Assembly (NCBI GenBank): GCA_964630825.1
Contig: CAZVZR010000007.1
Location: forward strand, 1 to 63,958
Direction of reading: 5' to 3'
Source: an uncultured Planctomycetales bacterium
Lineage (GTDB): Bacteria; Omnitrophota; Gorgyraeia; Zapsychrales; Zapsychraceae
DNA length: 63,958 nucleotides
Shown: piece by piece, positions 48,901-56,506 of the stretch
Numbering within the stretch: the stretch's first letter is position 1
How the letters are laid out: the number at the start of each line of letters is the position of its first letter
Notes under the pieces: generated by a model
Database searches by the model: none
The model's input: the letters and a program-made list of their open reading frames with translations, nothing else
What the model was told of the DNA's origin: nothing
Program-made: the position numbers and the translations under genes

Positions 48901-50677
48901 CGCTGCTTCCGCGGCCGGCGAAACAAATGATCTTAATACTATTCAAGCTTGCCAGCTTTCTTGCAATGGCTCCCCGACGGTTTGCGATAACACCAAATGC
49001 CAGATAATGCCGCGGTATCAAAATATTTTTGCATCAGGAACTTCCGTTGACCCATTAGCAGGGATTTCTTACAGGCAAGAGATTGAAAATGCTTATAACT
49101 GGTATATCGATCCAGCTCATTTTGGCCCCCTACGGGCGGGTGATCCTGACCCTACCAAGATAAAGGCGTGCCTAACTGATGCTCTGGATCCTCTTAGGCC
49201 ATGTCTTAATTTCCCCACTACTTGCCGGGTAATGCCGCAATATTTAAATCAATGGGCGGCGGGAAACCAATGGTATGACGATGTGCAGGCGGCTCTTACT
49301 TGGCTCCAGGCACAAACACCAAGCCGCGGGCCGGGTGACCCGGATTATGACGCGATAGTGGCATGTGACACAGCATGTGCTTATACTGAAAATATCCCCA
49401 ATGTTCCTTTGGGGAATCCGGGAAATCCAGGCGGCGATCCGGCTCCCGGGGCGACGACAACCTGCCGGGCTATGCCGTGGTTTGATTCACAATGCGTGGC
49501 GGATTTGTATTTTACCGAAAACCCCAATCAAGATAACATTCCTCCAGGGGCTCCGGGGGACGGTATTGGATTTGAGGTTCAGGATTGCGGAAGCGTGGTT
49601 CCATGGGGACCGGGCAATGATTGGTACGATAGAATTGTAGGTACATTGCCTATGGGAGCAAGTCCTCCGGGCCAAATAGATAATGGTGCGTTGATGCTGG
49701 CGAACAAATGGTGTGATTTGCGTATGGGCGACGCAGATCCGACTACAACTCAGAATAACGGTTGGTTATTGAACGCAGAAAAAAGTTGGCATGAAGCGGA
49801 GAATCAAGTGCCTAAATTTAAGTTACGTGCGGAGTTTCTACAGCAACGTTTGGATGAATTAAACAATATTATTTCTGTTTTCGAAAAAGCTTTACCGGAA
49901 TTTGATGCGCTATTAAATGCAGCAAAAGATTTAATTGATTGTTATCAGAATTCGTCAACATGTTTAAATGAAGAATCCGGGCTTCCCTATACTTTAATTT
50001 ACGGCTGGCAGAGCGACCCGCCACAAACCACTAGAAAGTCGGCACCAGGTGAAGGATATTGGCATATAGTTAAGGTGGAGGCACGGTCACCTAAAAGATG
50101 TGACGGGGCTTGTGGAGTCCCCGGTACTTGTTCAAGTGGGGGGGCTACTTGTCCCGACCCAGCATTCCCAACAGTAAAAACCAGTGTTAGTGGTTTTATG
50201 GACACAACACGTTGTTATGAACTTGAAAACACTGATGGATTAGTTAAGTTTCGGGTGACGCGTTGGGATGAAGACAGAGATTCGAATTTGATAACATTCC
50301 CCGGTGGGATTCCGATTTGGCAATTTCACTTGCCTGAACACCCTGCCCGTGGGAAAGGGACAATTGGAAATACAACAGCAGCGGGTTTGTATACGGCTTG
50401 TAAGGATCAGTTTTATCAACCTCCATCAGCAATAAGCATTCCTGCACAGTATAAAGATGTTTTTGGTAGAGCGTTTCTGTTAAGTGAACGAATTGACGGC
50501 AGCGACGGTGTTGATCCTTCTATCGGGCGTACCGTAAACATTCCCTGTTGGCAAAAAGCGGTTGATTTGGTTTCACAAGGTGTTATGACCGAGGTTTGTG
50601 CACAATATTATTATCATGAAAATGGTCTAGCAAAGGGGATGAGTTTTAAATTTGTCCCTTGTCCGGATAAATTCTAA
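45902..50677 (+). CDS. Giant TadG-like protein (1591 aa) with Cys/Pro/Trp-rich extracellular region
   Basis: N-terminus SKGQVAVILILITAVALIFYAVSLNMGRVAIVKTQTQIASASGASELA resembles the TadE/G-like N-terminal motif. Three further hydrophobic helices follow, then a Cys-dense region (PLPCCDASNPKCNPNHPCCQSPPPSECNPCCVPEF). Confidence 0.7.
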   Translation: MLILLKKIIRHSFRQKFKNSSKGQVAVILILITAVALIFYAVSLNMGRVAIVKTQTQIASASGASELASEMASYGQSLFMEVLGGKRKVCDSSSVLGAIVAVVLAILIIIILVVLAVFTWGSSLIGIPYVILVAGSVLGLAAATAGLIMATIALYEQAFIIQPSITDLWNKSLAAVLSREDMYLEQGISAGWGRIVTDNKQVPDILDFNADGVYGFDGQGKPKDWVSRPAIYYDMRVRGAQNKPVPEIDAFVKALGEFLYKDPDGTGNTWGLIDPLPCCDASNPKCNPNHPCCQSPPPSECNPCCVPEFVNDPTDQGGTGQVRIRPECCDNNTPPNACGVATTSCGTAASCGSLSPYGNAYPYVYNSIFQNQENNNTTDPNFFLSFLEQLGHDDENDKYTIPEPASQANPSLYDPTALQQSIDPEGPLRWRFTDATGFYHDPVWPYPEPRPPGDKQSGIFPFLYKIQDWGMDLNQLNKLQTVSWSGTPLKDGMHCYWYDWAWDQAYDTSGNDCTSLLTGKEMPQELRRQIDWPATNGIFNANPMQALILPQDPNKLIFDKTWWVDGTRDNVCTSGVCNPPLAADKVIVPQGIIAGENECAQNGLEQTDPNTGAKLGFWKRGDVQFCSTQWPYDAHCTQHLWDPVNNTSACVVDQGLPTQQYVDCNCMDPAVDKTLFRDDVLDTMVHGFKDFISLAESVLAMKSMERKNSLSYWGPQMYEWVNPTDGFIAIIRARIQEILVRLKTNWRDLSFQGTTCEEVWCVPPATDLNNGRDCQSALNIPLRERATFDINGNTIRGDMADIIACLEWNSGSVNQNNLNTYADGTTARDNALKFEKCRESCSWDTCRAPRLPRSLVPPADFSRIAFEPADPNPAVATLLETDIKKMLNCYDSIPIGNNTNCTTGPGSQLEKCQAMPMTKFNQSCQKYFTDDPATFNADAIDFDCGHRYFDFVPDSLRRGPPGDPAAVCYGATYFPTYWPADIDFSVPGTWTYADIGNAASAASAAGETNDLNTIQACQLSCNGSPTVCDNTKCQIMPRYQNIFASGTSVDPLAGISYRQEIENAYNWYIDPAHFGPLRAGDPDPTKIKACLTDALDPLRPCLNFPTTCRVMPQYLNQWAAGNQWYDDVQAALTWLQAQTPSRGPGDPDYDAIVACDTACAYTENIPNVPLGNPGNPGGDPAPGATTTCRAMPWFDSQCVADLYFTENPNQDNIPPGAPGDGIGFEVQDCGSVVPWGPGNDWYDRIVGTLPMGASPPGQIDNGALMLANKWCDLRMGDADPTTTQNNGWLLNAEKSWHEAENQVPKFKLRAEFLQQRLDELNNIISVFEKALPEFDALLNAAKDLIDCYQNSSTCLNEESGLPYTLIYGWQSDPPQTTRKSAPGEGYWHIVKVEARSPKRCDGACGVPGTCSSGGATCPDPAFPTVKTSVSGFMDTTRCYELENTDGLVKFRVTRWDEDRDSNLITFPGGIPIWQFHLPEHPARGKGTIGNTTAAGLYTACKDQFYQPPSAISIPAQYKDVFGRAFLLSERIDGSDGVDPSIGRTVNIPCWQKAVDLVSQGVMTEVCAQYYYHENGLAKGMSFKFVPCPDKF

Positions 50678-50758
50678 GAAAAAGAAAATGGTGGCACGAA
50701 ACACGTGACATGCGACAAGTGTCACTTGTTACGTGTCGCGTGTTACAAGCTTGTGTAT

Positions 50759-51091
50759 ATGTTTAAGCTAATCAGAAAACATAGAGCCCAATCAACTTTA
50801 GAGTACGTAGTTTTGCTTATTTTTGTTATGGGTGCTTTTCTTGTTTTTCAGAAATATATTGTCCGTGGGTTTTCTGGCCGCTGGAAATCCGTCGGGGATT
50901 CTTGGGGTAACGGGCGTTTATACGATCCCAAGAAAACAGTGGAATGCGCTAATGATATGTTTAATGATCGCGAAAATGTTTGGTATAACGTGCCTTGTTT
51001 TGAAGCCGCATGTGTCGACTCGTGTTTAAAGGTGTATGTTCCGGCAACTTGTACCAGCTGTATTGACAGCTGCCAAGCAGGCTGTAATTAG
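50759..51091 (+). CDS. Flp-like prepilin with Cys-rich C-terminus (110 aa)
   Basis: MFKLIRKHRA|QSTLEYVVLLIFVMGAFLVF, YIVRGFSGRWKS, then 10 Cys in the last ~60 residues (CFEAACVDSCLKVYVPATCTSCIDSCQAGCN). Confidence 0.65.
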   Translation: MFKLIRKHRAQSTLEYVVLLIFVMGAFLVFQKYIVRGFSGRWKSVGDSWGNGRLYDPKKTVECANDMFNDRENVWYNVPCFEAACVDSCLKVYVPATCTSCIDSCQAGCN

Positions 51092-51148
51092 TTTTTCTTA
51101 GGAATTCGTCTACATGAAATTATAATTTAATGTTATAATACCCCCACT

Positions 51149-52006
51149 ATGTTGGTTCTAATTTTCTTCTTAGTTTTTACCACGGCAGGGATGTGTGCCT
51201 ACATGATCATTCCTGCTGTTACCAACCAAGTCCTCGTTGTCAATGAAAAAAGGCAGCAGCGTTTATCCAACCGCATGGAGCAGGTTATTACCCGTCAGGA
51301 AGCAAAAAAAATAAGCCGGTTTCTTATTTTTGCTCCGTTTGGTTTTGGCGCTTTGTTTGCCACTTTTTTCGATCCGCAATTTCGTTTGGCCGGATTTTTC
51401 ATGGGTTTGGTGGCCGGGTATGTTTTCCCCAGTATTTATATCAAACTTCTTACCGGGCAGACACAGCGTAAATTTCATGATCAATTGGTCGATTCATTGA
51501 TGATTATGTCGAGTTCCTTTCGCGGCGGATTAAGTTTGGTCCAGGCCATGGAGGCGGTAACCGATGAAATGCCTGACCCGATCCGGCGGGAATTTGAGGT
51601 TGTTTTAGGTGAAAATAAAATGGGAGTTTCCCTCGAAGAAGCATTATATCATCTTTATAACCGTATGCCGTCGGCGGCGATGCAGCAGATGATCACGGCG
51701 ATTTTATTGGCTCGCGAAACTGGGGGAAACTTGCCGGCAATTTTTACCCGTATCGTCGGAAATATTCGGGAAACTAAAAAAATTCAACAGAACCTTGCGA
51801 CCCTTACTATTCAGGGAAAGATTCAAGGGTTTATTATGGCGCTTTTGCCGGTAGCATTCGCCATGATCGTTTATTCGTCAAACCGCCGGCTTTTTGATAA
51901 CATGCTTGCTTCTGATTTTGGCCGCGGGTTGCTTATATTTTGTGTGATTTGGGAGATTATCGGGGCGTTTTTGATTATAAAGATAAGTACTTTTAAGGAT
52001 TTTTAA
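51149..52006 (+). CDS. tadB: Tad/type II secretion F-family inner-membrane protein TadB
   Basis: T2SSF domain (SFRGGLSLVQAMEAVTDEMPDPIRREFEVVLGENKMGVSLEEAL) flanked by TM helices. Confidence 0.85.
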   Translation: MLVLIFFLVFTTAGMCAYMIIPAVTNQVLVVNEKRQQRLSNRMEQVITRQEAKKISRFLIFAPFGFGALFATFFDPQFRLAGFFMGLVAGYVFPSIYIKLLTGQTQRKFHDQLVDSLMIMSSSFRGGLSLVQAMEAVTDEMPDPIRREFEVVLGENKMGVSLEEALYHLYNRMPSAAMQQMITAILLARETGGNLPAIFTRIVGNIRETKKIQQNLATLTIQGKIQGFIMALLPVAFAMIVYSSNRRLFDNMLASDFGRGLLIFCVIWEIIGAFLIIKISTFKDF

Positions 52007-52009
52007 TGA

Positions 52010-52064
52010 GTCCCTGCCGTTTTGTTTCGTTCTTTGCAAGGAAACAAAACGAAACAGCAGGGAC
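52010..52064 (+). other. Long imperfect hairpin between tadB and tadC
   Basis: GTCCCTGC (52010-52017) pairs with GCAGGGAC (52057-52064). Inner GTTTTGTTT/AAACAAAAC pairing. No U-tract. Confidence 0.6.
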
Positions 52065-52137
52065 GAATTAACCCCCCAAACGGTTTGTTTTGCCTTTTTA
52101 TGAAATTGGCAAAACAGTGGGGGCAACGGAGACACAA

Positions 52138-53034
52138 ATGGACTTTTTTCTTTTTATAGCTTTTTTCACCGCCTACTGCTGCGGTTTTGCTTTTGTTGTC
52201 GGTTTCATAGGCTTAGAGTGGGAAGAGCGGGCAACGTTAAGTGCGTTTGGCTTAACCGGTGAGGAGTCGGGGAAGAAAAAGAAAGGCGGGCTTTTCGGGG
52301 TTTTACGCAAATTCGCGATCATTAACAGGCCTTTATGCCCGGAAGGTTTTCGCCGCGGCATCACCAAACGTTTGATGATGGCCCGTTGGAACATTTCCGT
52401 CGAGGAATTTATATTTTTTAAGCAGATTTGTATGTTGGTTATTTTAATAGTTCTTTTCCCGGCTACGCCGCCGGATATGCGCGGATTGTGGCTGATTTTG
52501 GGCTTTTCTTTGGGGTACCTGGTCCCGGACTTTATCCTCAACGGAAAAATCAAGAAAGTTAAATATATCATAGTTAAAGAACTTCCCGATGCCATTGATT
52601 TATTGGGGCTTTGCGTGAACGCGGGCTTGGACTTTATGTTGGCGCTGAAATGGGTTGTGGAAAAATCCCAGCCCTCAGTTATGGTCGATGAATTAAATAC
52701 CGTTTTGCAGGAAATTAATGTTGGGAAAACTAGGCGCGATGCCATCCGTGATTTGGCCGGGCGCTACGAGCTGCCGGATTTGTCGACTTTTTCGCGTACG
52801 TTGATTCAAGCCGACAAGATGGGGACGTCGGTCACCGAAGCATTAAATATTCTTTCCGAAGATATGCGCCTGGCTCGTTACCGTCGAGGGGAACAGCTGG
52901 CATTAAAAGCGCCTTTAAAAATGCTTATTCCTCTGTTGGTTTTTATTTTTCCTGTCGTTTTTGTCCTGGTCGCCGGTCCTGTCATGATCGATTTCATCCA
53001 GAATAATCCTTTTAAGTCGCTCGGTGGCGGTTAA
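52138..53034 (+). CDS. tadC: Tad/type II secretion F-family inner-membrane protein TadC
   Basis: T2SSF domain (DAIDLLGLCVNAGLDFMLALKWV...GKTRRDAIRDLAGRYELPDLSTFSRTLIQADKMGTSVTEAL). Start set at MDFFLFIAFF. Confidence 0.85.
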   Translation: MDFFLFIAFFTAYCCGFAFVVGFIGLEWEERATLSAFGLTGEESGKKKKGGLFGVLRKFAIINRPLCPEGFRRGITKRLMMARWNISVEEFIFFKQICMLVILIVLFPATPPDMRGLWLILGFSLGYLVPDFILNGKIKKVKYIIVKELPDAIDLLGLCVNAGLDFMLALKWVVEKSQPSVMVDELNTVLQEINVGKTRRDAIRDLAGRYELPDLSTFSRTLIQADKMGTSVTEALNILSEDMRLARYRRGEQLALKAPLKMLIPLLVFIFPVVFVLVAGPVMIDFIQNNPFKSLGGG

Positions 53035-53049
53035 GGAAACTAATCTTAA

Positions 53050-53649
53050 ATGGCTTTTGATAACGCCGTCAGTAGCATTGAATCAATCACTGCCACTATT
53101 GAAAATGACAGCGACACTTTTCATTGGTTTAGTTATGTTATTTGCCAGCCAGCTGTAATTTCCCGTTTGTCGGCACAAGCCGACATCAAGATTGCCTATC
53201 AATTATTTAAAAAAACAATGCTTCAGCAAAGATTAACAGCAGTAACTTTGCTGATTTTTTTGTTGGTTATTGTTTGTTTGCAAAAATATAAATATTTTTG
53301 GTTGGCTTTCTTGTTTATCTATCCGCTAATTAAGCTAAATCAGGCCAAGAAAGGCTGCGTTGTTGAAATTAGCCGGAGGCTGCTTTTGGAGGATTTTGCG
53401 GAATCGGTTTTGTGTCAAAAAACGCTTTACCAGATCGCTGAGGAATACAGCCGTCGGCTGGAGATCCCTTCTTTGGTAGACAGTATTTATTTTAGGGATA
53501 GATTCCTGCGCCGGAGCATTTTGGTGGGCTTGGTGGGGGGAGTTTTGATTTTTACATTTAGCCCGTTGCAGGCTCTTTTAATTGTGGGAGGAAGTTTTTT
53601 TATTGTATGTGTTTTTCTTAATTCACACTTATTTTATCGTTTTATATAG
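53050..53649 (+). CDS. Hypothetical membrane protein (last gene of the Tad-like cluster)
   Basis: 199 aa with 3-4 hydrophobic helices. No peptidase A24 motifs seen. Confidence 0.5.
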   Translation: MAFDNAVSSIESITATIENDSDTFHWFSYVICQPAVISRLSAQADIKIAYQLFKKTMLQQRLTAVTLLIFLLVIVCLQKYKYFWLAFLFIYPLIKLNQAKKGCVVEISRRLLLEDFAESVLCQKTLYQIAEEYSRRLEIPSLVDSIYFRDRFLRRSILVGLVGGVLIFTFSPLQALLIVGGSFFIVCVFLNSHLFYRFI

Positions 53650-55566
53650 AATAATAATAATCAAAGAAATAAAACCAAGCAATTTATAACCAAGCTTGTT
53701 GGTTGTGAGCAAAAAAATAAGCGATATTAGAGGGAAGAACAAGAAGGATATTAATTTATTATTAAGATGGGGATGTTTGATTACCAAATCAAGGGCAGCA
53801 TATTTTTTCCAGTTGAGGTTGATAATACGCTGGGCCTTTAGCATGTCGTAGTACAGCTTTGATCCTGGGATGGGTGTTAGTACGGAGATGGACATCATGT
53901 TAGGATTTAAACGAAAAGCAAACCACCATAAACGGAGTAAATGTAAGATATCATCGGAATCAAAACCGAAAATGAAATTTCCTTTAACCTTAATCCCCGC
54001 TTTTTTAATGGTTTGAGTATAGTTGATATACCGTTCTGCCATCGCAAATTTCCCTTTTTGTTTTTTTTCCACCGAATCACCGGAGATTTCATAACCAAAA
54101 ACAAGCATTTCGCAGCCCCCCCTCTTTGCTAGTTGGAGAGTTTTTTCGTTTTTGGCAATATCAATAGTAGAAAACGATTGCCATTTTATATCTAATGGTT
54201 TCAACGCAGTAAAAAGTTCAACGGCATAAGACGGATCATTATAAATATTATTGTCCAGGAAAGCGATTTGAGAGTATTTCTTTTTAACCTTATTAATCAG
54301 TTCCACTACTTCATTAACCGGTTTTTTGCGCACCCGCCCATTATTGAGAGCAGGGATAGTACAGAATGAGCAATGAAATTTACAGCCCCTGGAGGTTTCG
54401 ATAAATTCTTTAATGATCTGCGGTTTTGAGGTCATAAGTTCATTATGGACAGCAGCGTAATACTCTGTCATAGCCCCGCCGGCATAAGTTTTTTTCAAAC
54501 AGCCATTTTCATAATCATTGATTATGTTTTTCCAAACTCCCTCTGCTTCGCCGATAACTACGCTGTCACAAAATTCCAGGGCTTCGTCTGGGAGGTAAGT
54601 AACATGGGGGCCTCCCATAACGACTTTGGAACCGCGTTTTTTAAACTCTTTAGCAATTTTGTATGCTTCGGAAGCGTTCGATGTATAGCAGGTTATAGCA
54701 ACCAGTCGGTTTTTTTTACAATAATGATCACGCCAAACAATGCGATTGAATTCACGGAATTTATAATTTGGGGGAGTAAGGGCTTTTAAAACTACAAAGA
54801 ATGGTGGGTAAGCTCTATAAAACAAATTTATGACAAGCCCATTAATAATTCCTCCAGCAAGTGGATTAATGAGAAAGATCTCTTTGGGCGCATTAAATTT
54901 TTCTTGAATTTCCGGGTACGGTTTAAGGGCAAGTAATACCAAATACACAAATGTTAGAAAATGAAAGTATGCGGATACGAAACGCAAGATGTTGCTTAAA
55001 TGAAAAGATTCTGTTTCTATGAACAGGGGAAGGTAATAAACAGTAACATCAGCAAGGTAGAGCGTCAAAATAACTTTGCTTTCTGGCCAACTTATATTCA
55101 AAGGCCTGGGGGGGACAGGAGAATTTTTGATGTATTTCTGATAAATGGCATGTTTAGCAAAAAAGAAAAAAATAATTATGTTTAAATGGGCGGTAATGGT
55201 AGAGGCGCTTAACGTCGCAGCCAAAGGAATAAAGATGTGCAGGCAAAAATGTATTAAGATAGGAATTAGCGATAAAAGAAAAAATGCACCAGTAAATTGC
55301 CTAATGTTTGGGAAAAAATTGTGTAATACCGGGAACATCTCCTGCCCGCTGGAAATTTCAACCAGTGTTCCCAGCAGCCCTCCATAAAGCATAATTTTAA
55401 TTAATATTAAACTTAGCAATACTAGAGGCCCAAGGCCTTCTGTCGTAACGATATCATAGAGAAGGCTGAGGGAATAGGCAATGACAACAAAGGACAGGTT
55501 TGCGTGAAGAATGGCAAAGGCCCTGCGCAGTTGAGACGGCTCTTTGTTCATAGTAATAGTATACAA
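53629..55566 (-). CDS. Membrane-anchored B12-binding radical SAM protein
   Basis: ~240-aa polytopic N-terminal region, B12-binding-like VAITCYTSNASEAYKIAKEFKKRGSKVVMGGPHVTY, radical SAM cluster motif SRGCKFHCSFCTIP, and a C-terminal TM helix. Confidence 0.8.
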   Translation of the reverse strand: MYTITMNKEPSQLRRAFAILHANLSFVVIAYSLSLLYDIVTTEGLGPLVLLSLILIKIMLYGGLLGTLVEISSGQEMFPVLHNFFPNIRQFTGAFFLLSLIPILIHFCLHIFIPLAATLSASTITAHLNIIIFFFFAKHAIYQKYIKNSPVPPRPLNISWPESKVILTLYLADVTVYYLPLFIETESFHLSNILRFVSAYFHFLTFVYLVLLALKPYPEIQEKFNAPKEIFLINPLAGGIINGLVINLFYRAYPPFFVVLKALTPPNYKFREFNRIVWRDHYCKKNRLVAITCYTSNASEAYKIAKEFKKRGSKVVMGGPHVTYLPDEALEFCDSVVIGEAEGVWKNIINDYENGCLKKTYAGGAMTEYYAAVHNELMTSKPQIIKEFIETSRGCKFHCSFCTIPALNNGRVRKKPVNEVVELINKVKKKYSQIAFLDNNIYNDPSYAVELFTALKPLDIKWQSFSTIDIAKNEKTLQLAKRGGCEMLVFGYEISGDSVEKKQKGKFAMAERYINYTQTIKKAGIKVKGNFIFGFDSDDILHLLRLWWFAFRLNPNMMSISVLTPIPGSKLYYDMLKAQRIINLNWKKYAALDLVIKHPHLNNKLISFLFFPLISLIFLLTTNKLGYKLLGFISLIIIILYKTIK

Positions 55567-55936
55567 TAAATAAATTTTTTTATCGGTTGTTTATTCAAAT
55601 TATTAACAAATTTAATGGTTTTGAATCAAAGGTGTCGACAAATTCTATTTGATTTTAATTCACTTTATGTATATGTTATTTTGTTCTGAGAGATTTTTAG
55701 AAAGCCCAATTTCAAAGGTAAAAGAGAAGCTAAAAAGTGGCTGCCTTGACCTGGTTTAATAGTCTGATTGATTGTGGGGTTATCAGGGTCTTTCGAAAAA
55801 CACGGTTAAGGTTGGGGGGTGTTAAGTGTGTTTGCATAGTTGTTTAAAAAAAATCTTAAAAATATAGCCATGAAACATAAAGTTGCTCTGTTTGGTTATA
55901 TGTTTTAAGGATATTCAATGGCTTTTGTGTTAAAGT

Positions 55937-55970
55937 TAATGTCCAATCTATATTAATTAATGTCCAATCT
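55937..55970 (+). repeat. Two direct copies (20-bp register) of TTAATGTCCAATCTA
   Basis: 55937-55950 and 55957-55970. Same 13-mer as at 36879 and 56692. Confidence 0.85.
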
Positions 55971-56182
55971 AGTTATTATGTATGTAATTAATTGGATTTT
56001 AAGGGGAAAAATTTGATCAAAAAATTAAAAATAGTAGCTTAAAGTTGATATAGGATCTGGTATTTTGTCGTCGAGAAAGATATTAGTAGAAATTTTATTG
56101 TAAAAAATAAAAAATATTTTACAAATTATCACAACATGTTGGTAATAAGCATTTTATATTAAATATAAATCTTGTCTGCACC

Positions 56183-56210
56183 TTGCCATCATGTATCTTC
56201 GTGTTATACT
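56183..56210 (+). promoter_or_regulatory. Candidate promoter
   Basis: TTGCCA, 16 nt, TGt-TATACT. Confidence 0.5.
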
Positions 56211-56284
56211 CTCTACATCCCTAGCTAGCAAGGGATAACCCTGATGTGCAATAAGGGTTTAAAAGAAGGATTTGGTACCTGATC

Positions 56285-56443
56285 ATGAATAAAGCCACGG
56301 AAATCAGGAAGCAAATTCAGTCATCTAAAAGCAAATTTAAGGGATTGCTCTATCAGATAGGGGCAATCCTTTTTTTATTTGTTTATCACATCTTTGGTGC
56401 AATGCCTGTCTTACAATTAAAGCCAATTAAAATACGTACATAA
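56285..56443 (+). CDS. Possible 52-aa small membrane protein (alternative reading of the leader)
   Basis: Own translation gives MNKATEIRKQIQSSKSKFKGLLYQIGAILFLFVYHIFGAMPVLQLKPIKIRT. No good SD. It contains the terminator-like hairpin and is in the same frame as the giant ORF. Confidence 0.25.
   Translation: MNKATEIRKQIQSSKSKFKGLLYQIGAILFLFVYHIFGAMPVLQLKPIKIRT
56339..56376 (+). terminator. Terminator-like hairpin about 130 nt upstream of the giant ORF
   Basis: AAGGGATTGC-(CTAT-cag-ATAG)-GCAATCCTT followed by TTTTT. Confidence 0.55.
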
Positions 56444-56506
56444 CAAGGAATCATTTTTTACCCAAAAAAGGGTATAGTATTAGTATTTTTCAGTTTATTA
56501 ATAGAC

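Noticed and set aside
56441-56443. Stop-codon read-through joining the 52-aa ORF to the giant ORF
   Set aside because: Sharing a frame has a one-in-three chance expectation, the intervening 63 nt are AT-rich, and a terminator-like hairpin lies inside the small ORF. It is mentioned only as something to check in the reads.
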